Made by a program: the position numbers and the translations under genes. Below the pieces are notes generated by a model. That model was not told the origin of the DNA and ran no database searches. It saw nothing but the letters and a program-made list of their open reading frames with translations. A DNA stretch of 62,771 nucleotides, the filler included, from Polymyxa betae A26-41 (lineage: Eukaryota; Protista; Endomyxa: Phytomyxea): the NCBI GenBank assembly GCA_003693705.1. It is 4 parts of 4 records of this genome, joined end to end, with 100 filler letters (N's around TTAATTAATTAA, not from the genome) between each part and the next. Parts side by side here need not be neighbours in the genome. Positions count along the whole stretch, not along the records: positions 1 to 26,468 come from RBZT01000464.1; 3 more parts are not named here. One strand, given 5' to 3'. Of this stretch, positions 1-12,228 are shown piece after piece. The first letter of the stretch is position 1. Each line of letters starts with the position of its first letter.

Positions 1-2917
1 AAAATGACAGATTAATTCCTTGTGACCTATATGCGTTGCTGGTGTCTGAACTCGAAAAGAGTGGTCAAATCTTCTTCAATCGAAATCCTTCTTGGGCTCT
101 TCCCGCCTTCGTCGTCGACCAGTTCAAGAAGCCTCGGATGTTGGTCGACATGGTTCTTGCTAACAAGACTATGGTAAAAAATTACTTCCTCTGCCACATT
201 TACACACATTTGGCTGTCATTTAAAAGATTCTTCTGTTTATTTACTCTTGATTGTTTTAAGGGTTATTGGCAATTTTCAGTTACTGGCGATCTTGATTGT
301 CAAAGTTTTGTAACTCCTTTTGGCGTTTATACTCCCACTCGAATTTGCAAAGGCAATTGCAATGGCGTTTTTGCTCTTCAACGTGGCATGCTTGGATTTT
401 TTGGAGATTTGATTCCTAATCAATTATTAGTTTGTCTTAATGATTTGCTATTTTTTTATTCTCCTGACAAGTTGCTTTCTTTATTGAAAAAGGTTTTTGT
501 TCTTTGTCATGATTTCATTTTAAAATTGAGAGCTTCCAAATGTTGTTTTTTCAGCAATATCTATTCGTCGAAGGGAATCTCTCCTGATCCCAAGCGTAAT
601 CAAGCTCTTCAGAACTTCCCGGTTCCTGTTACCGCTGGAGAACTGATGCAGTTCGTCTGTGCTGCTACATGGTTGTCGTCGGCCATCCCTGATTTTACTC
701 GGAAATTAAAGCTGCTCAGTTACGTCAATTACTCGAAGAATGCTTGAAGAATCCCCCTGTTCGTTCGAAGAAGTTTGCATCCCGCATTGTGCTGTCGGAG
801 GTCGGCTGGAAACCTGAACATGATGAATCGTTGTCGACTATTGTCGACTCCATCAAAAATGCTGTTACGTTGGCGTATCCATCTGAAGATCTGGTCCCAT
901 GCCTCTTTACGAATGCTAGTAAGGATTTTTGGATGATGGTGATAACTCAAGTTTCGGTTCAGGATTTGCATCTACCATTTAAAGAGCAGTTTCATCAGCC
1001 GCTTGCTTTCTGCTCTGGCACTTTTAAAGGACCTTCCACAAACTGGTCTGTTCCTGAGAACGAAGCCTATCCCACTCAGTATGCTGTTCGTCGCTTTGAT
1101 TATCTTCTTTGTACCGGTAAACACCCGTTTCGTATTTTCACTGACCATCGAAATTTAGTATTTATCTATAATCCTGAAAGTGTATCTGTATTCCTTAACC
1201 GATATTCTCTGGACAAAGTCCATCGCTGGCGTCTCAATCTGGACGGTAAATCTTACTGCATTGAATCTATTTCTTGCGAGGACAATTTGTGGGTTGATAT
1301 TCACTCATGTTGGGGAGTTTCGGATTCTCAATCTGCTTTTCGTGTTTCCAGAACTGTTTTTTTCGTTCTCGTCTTGTTACGAATGCTATAGTTCAGCCTT
1401 TGCAACAAACTGATTTCGTTTGGAATAGCTTTTCTGAAATTTCTTCCATTCAGTCTAATTATTTTTCTATTAATGATTATCGTCGTTACGTTTTTACTAT
1501 TGAGAATAAGGTTTATTTAACTCAATCTCGTAATATTTTCATTCCTCCTGATGCTTTTGAATTAATGTTTCGCATTTTGGTGATTTCACACTGTGGCCTT
1601 TCTGGACATCGAGGCATCAAAGCTACTTTATTTTCTATTCAGGAACGGTTTTACTGGAGCGGAAGATGTATTTTCTTTTTGTAAACAATGTCTGCACTGC
1701 ACTGTAAATCGAGGAGGTTAAGTTGCTCCACGTCCCTTTGGCCCGGCCTCCCATGCTGTTGTTCGCAACTCAGTGCTTCACTTCGATTATCTACAAATTG
1801 AAATATCTAGTAAGAAGCAATTTGAATACCTTTTCGTTGTTCGTGACGATTTATCATCGTTTGTTGAATCATTTCCTTTCTTAAACCCTACTGCGTCTTT
1901 TGCCGCTGAATGTTTGATTGATTGGATCACCCGAAATGGCATCCCTTCTATCTGTGTTTCTGATCGTGGCTCTAACTTTCTAAACTCTCTTATTGAAGAT
2001 TGTTTAAAATGCACAAATCATCATCATCTTTCTTGCTTACTGTCCTTGGTCTAATGGCACTATTGAAGTCAGTAATCGTCATATTTTGCATGTATTTCGT
2101 TTTTTAATTTCTGAATTTCGCCTTGACTTGGTTGATTGGCATATTCTTGTTCCTCTGATCCGATTTGCTTTGAACCATTCTACTGCACCTGATCGACCTG
2201 CTGCTGTTACCCAGTTTATGGGTCTACCTCCTCTCCGCTTGATGCCGTCTCCAATTCTCGAACGAAAGCTGTTGTTCCTGTACCGTAGATGCATATTCAA
2301 TTATAAGAGCTTGTATCTGACTTGCAAGCATCGCTTCTTCAATGGCATAAAGATGTTGATGAAACTCGGTCGTCACGACGTACTGCTGCTAATCGACGTC
2401 GTAAGGCAGTCCTGCCCAGCTTTTCTATCGGTGACTATGTTTTGGTTTCGAATGCATTAAAAGTTGATCGAAATAAGTTACATGTTCGTTGGGTTGGACC
2501 TTTTCAAATCGTGTCCGTCAAATCTGATCATGTTTCACTGTTCGAGATTTATTGTCTGCGTGATTTTTTGATTGTCATTGTTCTCGTCTTCGTCTTTATT
2601 CTGATTCTGAATTAAATGTTACCGAGGAGACTTTTAAACTATTTGCTCATGATGGTTATGGCTTTGAGATTAATGTTCTTTTTAATTCTCAAACTAATGA
2701 TTGGGAATTTTCATCTCGTGGTCTGGTATTGAATCTGCATAGAATACCTGGGAGCCGCTTTCGCAACTTTTGAAGGACTGTCCCGTCTTCATCAAGCGCC
2801 ATCTCCGGCATGCAAAATTCTGTCCCCCTGAGTTACACTCTCTGCTCGACGTCAGACCTCATCGATTGTGTCCTGTCCGACACTGGATCAAGACTTTAAA
2901 CTGCCTCCTTCGATCCC

Positions 2918-3043
2918 CTCACCTCTATCTCCGACTCACCTCTATCTTCGCCTCACCCCTGTCTCCATCTCACCTCTATCTCCGTCTCACCTCTATCTCC
3001 GCCGCACCTCTATCTCCGTCTCACATCTTTTTTCGTCTCACCC
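2918..3043. repeat. 17-bp minisatellite (~7 copies, CTCACCTCTATCTCCGT) in the Gypsy 3' region
   Basis: Directly visible tandem copies. Confidence 0.9.
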
Positions 3044-3336
3044 CAACAAAATGAAAATAACATAACAAAATAATAAAAAAGAAAAATTTACTACAACAAA
3101 AATATACCTATATCAAAACCACTGTCATCATTATTCATTCCTTCTCCCTACCACCTCTCCTTGCCTTTCTTATTTACATCCTACTATTCTCTCTCCTGCT
3201 CTGTTCCTGAAGTGTTCTTTCCTGTTCGTGGTGCTTGTGCTCATGCTGTCCCAACTTGGCGACCCTGGATCTATGCCATCTTCTTTTTCCTTCCTGCTCC
3301 AGTTCTAACTCGGTCTCGCCCAAATGAAGTGGGCGA

Positions 3337-3568
3337 TGTGACGCGAAGTTTTTATTTTTACTTTTAATTGTTTATTCTGCTACTGATATTGGTTTCCCCC
3401 TTACCTCTCCGCGGACACCGCAACCGCTTCTCTTTCTAATAATACAGCGAGAGTTCGTTGTCTCTGTCTCAACAAGAGTCTATCTCGTCTCTCTTTCATC
3501 TCTCATTGTAATTGGTCTTCCGACCCCCTGGTCGCCTTATATAGTTTCTCACGATTCTATCGATCACA
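3337..3568 (+). repeat. Probable 3' LTR of the first Gypsy element
   Basis: Starts TGTGA right after the PPT; candidate TCACA end at 3568. The right end is uncertain because it overlaps the head of the 325-bp array. Confidence 0.55.
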
Positions 3569-4760
3569 TCCTAAGCACTGACGCCAATCTGGACGTTCAG
3601 GTCAGTCTTCCGTTTTTTTTCTGGCTTTATACAAGTTTCATATGAAACGCACCGTTAGGGGATACACTTGTTGGCTGAATGGCCCCTCCAGGTCTGTGTG
3701 GCATTGCTGCTTGTTCTTTCATGAGATATACGTCTTAAACTGATTGTTCTCGTGTATAGGTCGGGGCGGTCTGGGTTCTTGCTGGCGATGTTGGCTTCGA
3801 ATCGGTACATTTTTCACTATCGGCTAGTGTGGATGCTGACACTTTCTGAAATTCTCTCTCTTCTCAGTTTAATAGCGCTCTAAAAGTTTAGTTTTTCAAT
3901 ATTTATAAAAGCAGTTGGCTGCTTTTAAGAATGCTTTTTCTGTTCATTTTCTTCGGTCTTGTCACAGGTGGACGAGTTTGATTTCACATTTCGGGGGCCA
4001 GACTAGCATTGCTTTTTGTTCAACCTATAGTTTGTGATGCCTGTGATGATTGATTTCGTGTATAGTTCGGGCGTCCGGAGTTTTCGTGCCAGTGATGGCA
4101 TCGAATCAAAGGTACTCTCTAAATGTTTTTATCTTCTAGGGTGGATGTTGCCCAATATTGAGATTGTTTCTCTCTTTCAGTTTAATAATGTTTTTAAACG
4201 TTTTCTGCAACGCTTAAATCAGTAGGTTGCTTTTACATATGCTTTTGTCTCTCTATTTCAAAGGATTTCGTCACTGATGGTTCGCACGATCTCTCCTTTT
4301 CGCTTGCAGGGCCTTCTGAGCCCATCTATCATTGCTGTTTGTTTATGCTACAGATTGCATACTTTGTGCTGACAACTCTCGTATATTGATCTGGGCGTCC
4401 CAAGTTTTCGTGGCGGTTATGGTGTCGAATCAAAAGTATTCCCAAATTCGTTTGAAAATTTTTTGGGTGGATGATGCCCAATTTTGAAATTTTCTCTTCT
4501 CAGTTTATTAATGCTTATAAATGTTGTCTTCAACTTGTAAATCTGTTGGTTGCTTTTACAAATGCTTTTGTCTTTTTATTTTTCTGGGTCTCGTCACTGA
4601 TGTGGCGCTCGATTTCTCCTTTTCGCTGGCAGGGCCTTCTGGTTTCATCTAACATTGCTGTTTGTTTATTTTAAAGTTTGCATACCATGTACTGATTGTT
4701 CCCAGGTATAGCTCGAGGCGGCCCGGGTTTTCGTGGCAGTGATCACATCGAATCAAAGGG
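3561..4760. repeat. ~325-bp diverged tandem array, copy 1 (head plus ~3 units)
   Basis: Marker GGATG(C/T/A)TG(C/A)C recurs at ~3831, 4143, 4469. Head 3561-3830 is homologous to 6285-6560. Confidence 0.9.
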
Positions 4761-4775
4761 GTATGTTAATGTAGT

Positions 4776-4811
4776 CTAGGTTTCCCGTAGTCCGTTCGGA
4801 ATCGAACGGAC
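4776..4811 (-). terminator. Helitron 3' terminus: GC-rich hairpin and CTAG
   Basis: Perfect 9-bp stem GTCCGTTCG/CGAACGGAC (4790-4798/4803-4811) lies 10 nt from CTAG (4776-4779). The flanking base is not the canonical T. Confidence 0.75.
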
Positions 4812-5499
4812 GTTTGTTGCTAGTCCGAATCTTTTGCTCGTGCGCAGCTTGGTGTTTGGGCGGCGTTGTACGACGATGTTTTTTGTTAGCACGAAGGGTC
4901 CCCGTAGCATTACCGAAGCGTCGTACCTCGCTCGATCACCGACCCGCTAACGCGGGTACCCTGGTGATGGGCTCACAGTTGTCACCCTCAGCGAAGCCAC
5001 CACTTACATCGCTCGATTACCTCGCTCGATCTCCGACCCGTTGACGCTGGTACCCCGGTGATGGGCTCACAGTTGTCACCCCCAACGAAGCCACGGCCCA
5101 CTCGTAAATCTCCATAAAATTTGATGAATTTTCATTGTTCACACAGCATGTCCCAAGTTGGCAGAAACCGCTCGCAAAAAACGGGACTTTTTCAGTGATT
5201 TTTGAGCGAGAAACGTGATTGCACTCTCGATCGCTATAGCAGTCCGTTCGAGGCGTACTGGTCCGTGGCCGCCCGAGCGCGGTCCGTCCTCGGGTCGCAT
5301 GTCGAAGGATTCGGCGTCTGCTGGTTCGTCCTGGAACAAAGCACACGTCTGTGGTGATGATGATTACAATACCGTGCTTGTTTTTCTTTTTTTGTGTTTC
5401 GGTTGATAAGGACAAGGAGGTTAATCTTCGAAAGATGCGCGCGGACCACTGCGGCTGGGTTATCAATCCAGCCCCGGTGCGTGCCAGATTTCTACTGAC

Positions 5500-5980
5500 T
5501 AAACCACCCCCTTTGTTTGGGTCGACGGGGAACGAACGACCCTGCAACTTACAGGTTGCGGAACTGGCGGACAATGTCCGGGTAAACGACATTTCGGGCA
5601 TGGAACTGGCGCCGGCTGCAATCGAATGGAGCAAGGACATGGAGATTCTACGGACTGCCGACACGGGAAAGCGCCACGCAGAGCCGGCAATGCGAGAAGA
5701 CTTGGTCTTTTATGCAGATTCCAACCAAGGCTCTGCCCCTGCGCCTTGTTGATGGTCATGGCGAAGGCCGGCTTGATTGGGAATTGGCGGCGGCGGAACG
5801 CGATCGGGAACTGGGTGGGCGATGGTTTTAAACCCATTCGGGACAGGAAAACGGATTCTCCAGACCGTGTGCCGGTGACGATGCGGCATCGCAGGACGGT
5901 ATCGCGCACAGTCTCGATGATCAGTCTGGTTGCAGAGTCCGGCGTCCGGGTCGATATTGCGGATGAAAATCACGGACATG
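5500..5980 (-). pseudogene. Helitron Pif1 helicase, C-terminal part
   Basis: MSVIFIRNIDPDAGLCN ... RRRQFPIKPAFAMTINKAQGQSL. Joins 8752+ in frame (RVKPG|MSVIFIRNID) once the insertion is removed. Confidence 0.9.
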
Positions 5981-8751
5981 CACACCGGAACTGCGCTTGT
6001 CTGCCCTGACATGCCTTTTCCTACGACATTCTGCCAAACGCAGCGGAAATATGCGTTTTGGATTGAAAACTGCAAAAAACATGCTTTTTGCCAAAAGTGC
6101 GCTTCGGAACCAGGATCAGCAATGTGAGACCATCCGCAAAAGTCTGCGTCTCTATCTTATTCTAACTGCGCTTTCATGCGAAATACAGATGCAATTTCTT
6201 GCAACGCAACATTTTTTATTTTAACTCCTTGTCAGTTCGAATCGCTCTTCTAACCATTCTTGTCATATAATTTCTCTCTCCAACCGATCACTTCCTAAAC
6301 GTTGACTCCGACCTGGACGTTCAGGTCGTTCTTCAGGAGTGTTTTCAGTCTTTGTACCCGTTTTATATCAAAAACACATCGTTAGGACTTGTTGGCTGAG
6401 TGGCGCCCCCTGGTCTGTCTGACATTGCTGTTTGCTCTTTCATCAGTCATTACGTACGCCTCAGACTGATAATTCTCTGTATTATAGGTCGGGGCGGTCC
6501 GAGTTACTTGCAGACGATATTGGCTTCAGATCGGTAACAGTTTTCAGCAATCTTATCCGTTAGTTTGGATGCTGCCCATTTTCGAAATTCTATCTCATCT
6601 CAGTTTATTAATGTTTTTATAAGTTTTCGAAATTTATACAAACAGTTGGTTGCTTTAAAGAATGGGTTTTCTGAACCTTTTCTTCGGTCTTTTCTCTGAT
6701 GGGACGCAGATGATTCCATCTTTATGCTTGAAGGGCTTTCTGGGCCAGTATGGCATGACTGTTTGTTTGATCTGTAGTTTATATACACTGTGCTGATTGT
6801 TTTCGTGTACAGTTCTTGGTGGCCCGAGCTTTCGTGGCGATAATGGCGTCGAAACGAAGGTAACCTGTATATTTTTTTCGGCTAGGTGGATACTGCCCAT
6901 TTTCGAAGTTTGATCTTTTCTCAGTTTATTAATGTTTTTATAAGTTTTTTGAGTTTATTCAAACAGTTGGCTGCTTTTATGAATGCTTTTTCTGTACATG
7001 TTTTTCGGTCTCGCAGCTGATGGGACTCATATGATTGTAAATCCGTTTTCCTTGAAGTGCTTTTTGGGCCAGTATAGCACGACTGATTGTTCACTCTGCA
7101 GTTTGTATACAATGTACTGACTATTTTCGTGTATGGATCGGGGTGGCTCGAGCTTTTTTGGCGATAATGGTGCCGAAACGAAGGTAATCTGTAATCTGTA
7201 AATCTTTATCGGCAAGGCTGGTGCTGCCCATTTTTGAATTTTATCTGTTTTCAGTTCATTAATGCTTTTAAAGTTTTTCTGCATTTATTAAAGCAGTTGG
7301 CTGCTCATATGAATCTCTGATTGGATGTCTATGATTTCACATAGCTGGTTGCTTTTAGGAATGATTGTTTCTTTCGATTTTTTCGGTCTCGCCGCTGATG
7401 GGACGCCTATGTTTCTCCTTTCCGCTTGCAGGGCCTTCTGGGCCCATCTAACATAGTTTTTTGTTTGCACTATAGTTTGTATACCCTTCGCTGATCTTTC
7501 TCGTGTGTAGATTGGGGCGGATCGAGTGTTCGAGGCTGAAATAACATTGAATCGAAGGTATTCTAATTCTATTTTGTCGGCTAGGGTGGATGCTGCCCTT
7601 TTTAGTAATTTCTGTCTTTCAATTTATTATTGCTTTTGAAGATTTTCTGTATGTTTAAGAATTGTTAATTGCTTCTATGAATGCGTTTTCCTTTCTATAT
7701 TTTTGGCTCTCCTCGCTGATGGGAAGCACGAGATCTCATTTTCACCTGCAGGGCCTTCTTGACACTTCTAACATTTCTGCTAGTTTATTCTATTGTTTCT
7801 ATACACTGCACTGATTGCTCTCGCGTATAGATCATGGCGGTTCGTGTTTTGAAAACGATATTGGGGTCGAATTGAAGGTAAACTTGGTAATTTTATTCGG
7901 TTAGAATGGATGCTGCCCATTTGGAAATTTTCTCACTTCTCAGTGTATTGATGCTTTTTAAGGTGTTCTGCAATTGTTAGAATAGTTGGCTGTTTTTACG
8001 AATGCTCTTATCGTTCTATTTTTGGGTCGCTGATTGGACGCACGGTTTCTCCTTTTCGCTTGCAGGGCAGGGCGTTCCGGGCCCTTATATCATTTCAATT
8101 CGTTTATTTATATATTCTATAGATCTTTACCCTGTGCTAGCTGATTGTTCTCGTGCTAACGCTGTGGCCGCTCGCGTTTTCATAGCGATGTAATTATCGA
8201 ATCGATGGTAAACTTGCAAGATTTTTTCAGCAAGTGTGGATGCTGACCATTTATCAAATTTTCTCCCTTCTTAGTTTATTCATGCATTTAATTTCTTCCA
8301 ACGTTTTTATTGCTTTCAATGGTCGTTGCTCTGCTCCCTTTGCACGGGTCGTTGCTGTTTGAACTGAACGTGCCCGAGCTGTTGCTCGTGGTGCTGAAGT
8401 TGCTGAACCTGCTGGAGCGGATGGCAATCTATACTGCTATTCTTTTTTGTGCTGATGCAGCTGGTGCGGCCAGATGCTGTACTGGTACAGCTGCTTGCTT
8501 TCGGTGCTTCGTTCTAACTAACGTAATAAACTCGAAAAGTAATCTCTGTTTAATATAATTACAATTAATGCCCTATCCTAAAAGCGAATTAGTTTTCATG
8601 CAGAAATCTGCAATGCTCCGCGAATATCTGCGAACAGAACCTGCGATCCCACGCAATTCCATGTGCAAAATTCTGCGTGAACTTGCAAAATGGCCGTGAA
8701 AATTCGCAGGTCCAAAAACGTTGGGAAACGCAGGTCCACGCAGTTCCGGTG
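5981..8751. mobile_element. Non-autonomous TIR DNA transposon (CAC...GTG ends, 3-bp TSD; CMC/CACTA-Chapaev-like) carrying a tandem array
   Basis: Left end CACACCGGAACTGCG, right end CGCAGTTCCGGTG. ATG is duplicated at 5978-5980 and 8752-8754. Excision restores the helicase frame. Superfamily assignment is inference. Confidence 0.85.
6285..8295. repeat. ~325-bp diverged tandem array, copy 2 (head plus ~5.5 units)
   Basis: GGATGCTGCCCAT-like marker at ~6567, 6888, 7220, 7588, 7908, 8238 (period 320-368). Confidence 0.92.
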
Positions 8752-11345
8752 ATGCCCGGCTTGACTCGAAGACGGTGTAGAGGCATGCCGCCCGGGTTCG
8801 CCTGGTGCACGACTTCGATTCCAACTGCGGCTCCATTTTCGTTGGCGTCATCGGCGTCAATAGCATCGACAGAAATCAGCTCGTGGACGTCACCGGGCAG
8901 CAGCTCGAGACAGCCCTGGTTGATCTCGTCGGCCAATGCGTTGGTTGTGGTGAGAATGTAGCGTGAGGGCAAGTTGAACTGCGTGTCGTCGAATCGAAGC
9001 ACCATGACCGGGTAGACCGCATCGATCAGGGAGCGGATATCGGTGGAGAACGGCGCACTGTTTGCCAGGCAGTGCGACATGGGCAGCTGAAGAGTGATAT
9101 GATGCCTGAATCGACCATTGGGAGAGTCATCGAAGTCAGGCGCCACGCCATCTCCAACTTGCGGCTGCCTGCTGGAGAACTCGACTTGATCTCGGACGTC
9201 GTCACCTTGGTCAGCTGCCATCTGGACTCGCATGTTGACCGTCAGCCGTAAAATGCGGACCGAGGCCCAGAGATGTGACGAAACGATGCAGGCGTTCACA
9301 AGGCCGGACGCGCCCCCACGGGAACCGCGGGCAGAATCTGTCGCGGATCGCCACCCAGATGATGACTTAGCCACCGAATGGAATGTACGGACAGCGGCAG
9401 AGTTCGCGATATAAACGGTCAACGGCTTCGAAACAATGCCGATGCTCCAATCAAACTCTCGTCCCACACAGTCCGCGCCGATCTTCGAATCGATTCGGCC
9501 AACTCTGAGTCCAAGGGCAGGCCACAGACGCTTTCGCTGTCCAGGTTGTGGACCGGAACACCGAACGTAGAATGAGCGGTTCGACCGACGCGCAGCAGGA
9601 GGGCCGAGATTCCCGACGATGAGCAGGCAATGGCGGTTCCGCCATTGGATCGGACGGCATCAATGATCCCGTTGATGGTGAACGTCTTCCCGGTCCCCGC
9701 CGGGCCCATCAAGAAGAAGAGCTGCGGACGCCGACCAGTAACAGCCGCCATGATCTCGCTGAAGGCAACATGCTGGTCAGCATTTATAGCGTCGAGCACA
9801 GAATCCGCATCGCGAGCGTCAGAGTGGGCGTCATGTGCGGGCAGGTCGTCGATGTCGAGGTCATGGGCGTCGGAAGAGAGGTGGGGCAGCATCCATCAGT
9901 CGGGGCAACGATGGGAACTCTTCAAGACCCGATCCCATTGAACTGAGCATGGCCGACAGCATGCGGAGCGCGGCGGCCTCTGATTGACCATGATGACGTC
10001 GACGAAGGTCTTCCGTGAGGGCGGGCAGAAAAGTAGTCCAGAGTGTTGCGGGATTGGCGGGGCTACAGTGGACCAGGATCTGGGCGAAGAGACGGCGCAT
10101 TTGGCCGGTCATCTTGAGCGTCGATGCTTCTCGCAGGCATCGCTTCCATTCACCGTCGTGTTCCAGCAGACCGCGCGCAATGCACGCTTCCTTGAATGGA
10201 GGGCAGGGTCGCTGTTCAAACGTACAAACATCAATGTATGAGCAAGGACCGCGTACGTCTGTCAGCAACAGCCGCAGATGAAAGCGTTCTTCGCTGCGGG
10301 GATTCACGAACGAAAGCCGAGCGATAGCCGGGGCGTGCTGCCTGCGTGTCCGTGATTGCCAAACGCACGACTGGCGATTGAATGAGTATGTTGCGGGAAC
10401 ATCTTGGTACAGCAGATGTCGGGCGGCTTCATTCTCCCGACACAGGTTGAAGAACGCTGTCAAAGTGGTGTTGGGCGGACCCTTCTCCACGATTCGGCGT
10501 TGTCAGGGTCAAAGAGCACATGCTGCTGTCCCTCCAGATGGACCCCAAGTCGTAAGACATTGGGTGCGTGCCAGCGCATTAAAAATCCTAGGTCAAAGAA
10601 CGTGTCAGTTTCATTATCCACAAACTGATCCGCAACATCACTGACCGAGCAACGATACGCGGCTTCAAGCTGTGTTACCCACCGACCGTTGGCATAGTCG
10701 TCGATCTCGTTGACAACCGGATGCTCATCTGCGGAGTCGCTGGTAGCGTCGGGTTCCGAGCGCGCTCGGATTGTGGCCTGGTTTTGAGCGTCGAACCGCC
10801 CGCCGACCTCAATGGCAAACGTTGCTCAGTCGTGACCCATGTGCACGTACTTAAATAGGTACTTCACGCTGCCGATCGAGAAACAGCATTCGACATTGAC
10901 GTGAGTATCCTCAATGAGTGAGGTCGTCGGGCTGTACGGGACCACGTTCCGATTGGTCAAGACCATTCCGGGACGTACGTCGAACGATCGTCCATCATCT
11001 CGGCGTCGGTACCTATTTCCACTGAATTCCAAGCAAAATGACATGCAGGTGAAAAGCAACGGACAGGGAAAACGCTGAATCACGAAATTCCGTCGTATCT
11101 ACAAACTGCTTCGGATACCTATAAGTTGAAAGCGATCAGTGCGCGCAATATGATATTTTGGCTTTACCCTTATCTACAATCAGCATCGCCGTCGAGACAT
11201 CGAGTTGAGCACCGGTGCAACATTGTCCGCGTGATCGTATCGTACAGCTCCGGGTTCAGGGTTCGATAGGGCAGCTCCGAACACTTCAGAGCGTCAATAT
11301 CCTCCGGAGTCCGAAGCTTGTCGTCGGTATGCAGCCACAATATCA
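8752..11345 (-). pseudogene. Helitron Rep/Pif1 helicase, N-terminal and central part, with spliceosomal introns
   Basis: ORFs 11170-11385, 10826-11083, 9861-10490, 9419-9892 and 8589-9467 are frameshifted pieces. GT-AG introns at ~11110-11167, ~11013-11064 and ~10589-10646 restore Rep motifs. Confidence 0.88.
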
Positions 11346-11620
11346 AGTATGGCCAATGCCCTTTCTTGAGCCCATTGTTACTCATTTGGGAGATTCTAAA
11401 TATTGGTTCAAGTTAGATGCTTTTAAGGGCTTTTGGCTTATGACGTTAGCAGAAGAATGTCAAGTGATGTTCTCTTTTATGACAGATAGAACGGTTTTCA
11501 TCTCCGAAAAGATCTATTCAAGGAACTTTGAATTCAACTATTCAATCTTAATCCAGGATGCATGAAGTATTCAAGGATTTGATATTTGACATGCTAATTT
11601 TTTGGATTGATGATTTGCTG
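11340..11620 (+). pseudogene. Gypsy reverse transcriptase fragment
   Basis: WPMPFLE..LGDSKYWFKLDAFKGFW, then FWIDDLL. Confidence 0.85.
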
Positions 11621-11701
11621 TGTCTACTCTACGATAGAGACGAAAGAGACATCAAAGACAATGTTAAAGAGAAAGAAGAATTAAGATTGTTGTATTACTT
11701 A

Positions 11702-12228
11702 GAGACTGGTTCAAGTAAAAAACGCGGTACCGCAATTTATTAAACGAGCCAGTCAGATTTCGACACCTTCAATTCCGTGGCGCTATATTTTAATGGACCC
11801 TCTGGGGGTCCATTTCTCAGAAAACGCGGCATTTCTTGGCCAATTATGAATCTATTGCATCACGAATTGGCGGTTTTGATGGGCGTTTTGTTGCTGCTCT
11901 TTACTTCTTTGAAGAACTGACAGTAGGTGTCGAATATCACAGCCATAAAACTTTAAATCATTTCGTTGCTCCATCGAACATTGCTCTTGGTTTGCAGACA
12001 AATGTGGAAGTATCGGTCAGCTTAGCTGGAGCAGTTGATGCTGACATTGGCACTCCAAACTGCCTTCCCAGAGAAGCCAAGATGTCTGCAGAGAAAGAGC
12101 GCAGCCTCCGGAAATAGCGGAAAATAGCGGTGCCGCAATTTTTCCGCTATTTCCGGAGGCTGCTACTTTTTCACTGGAATATTTATTCCCGCAATTTTTT
12201 TCCGCAATTATTTACTTGAACCAGTCTC
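11702..12228. mobile_element. PIF/Harbinger non-autonomous derivative (527 bp)
   Basis: TIR GAGACTGGTTCAAGTAAA / TTTACTTGAACCAGTCTC; TTA TSD at 11699-11701 and 12229-12231; same TIR as 15187-17881. Confidence 0.93.

Larger units (their letters stand above)
1..3568 (+). mobile_element. Degenerate Ty3/Gypsy LTR retrotransposon (RT-RNaseH-integrase-chromodomain-like tail, 3' part)
   Basis: Frameshifted ORFs in Gypsy order: RT (36-747; NPSWALP, KGYWQF, GISPDP), RNase H (744-1391; FTNAS, EAYP, FTDHRNL), H2C2 (HCGLSGHRG), integrase core (LHFDYL, VSDRGSNF), WVGPF. PPT-like AAATGAAGTGGGCGA precedes TGTGAC at 3337. Confidence 0.92.
4776..11345 (-). mobile_element. Helitron (5'-truncated, degenerate RepHel), interrupted by a TIR element
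   Basis: Rep motifs (ILWL..PEDID, YPKQF..YRRRDDG, VVPYSP, SVKYLFKYVHMGHD). Pif1 helicase motifs GPAGTGKT, VWDE, GRTAHSTF, RRQFPIKPAFAMTINKAQGQSL. 3' CTAG plus hairpin; GC-rich. Confidence 0.95.

Noticed and set aside
5017-5664. 215-aa ORF and other overlapping ORFs in GC-rich Helitron, MFS and Copia regions
   Set aside because: Off-frame or antisense shadows of identified coding sequence.
7027-7600. Minus-strand repeat protein readable if TAA/TAG encode Gln (alternative genetic code)
   Set aside because: Frames shift between units, other units contain TGA stops, and host genes end in TAA/TAG normally.
3805-8235. 23-30-nt GT..AG tiny introns in each array unit
   Set aside because: Branch-like motifs and pyrimidine tracts lie downstream of those AGs, favouring a longer segment; host introns are ~50 nt.
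6285-8295. CRISPR-like reading of the array
   Set aside because: Whole units are homologous, with no short identical repeat plus unique spacers, no cas genes, and a eukaryotic context.
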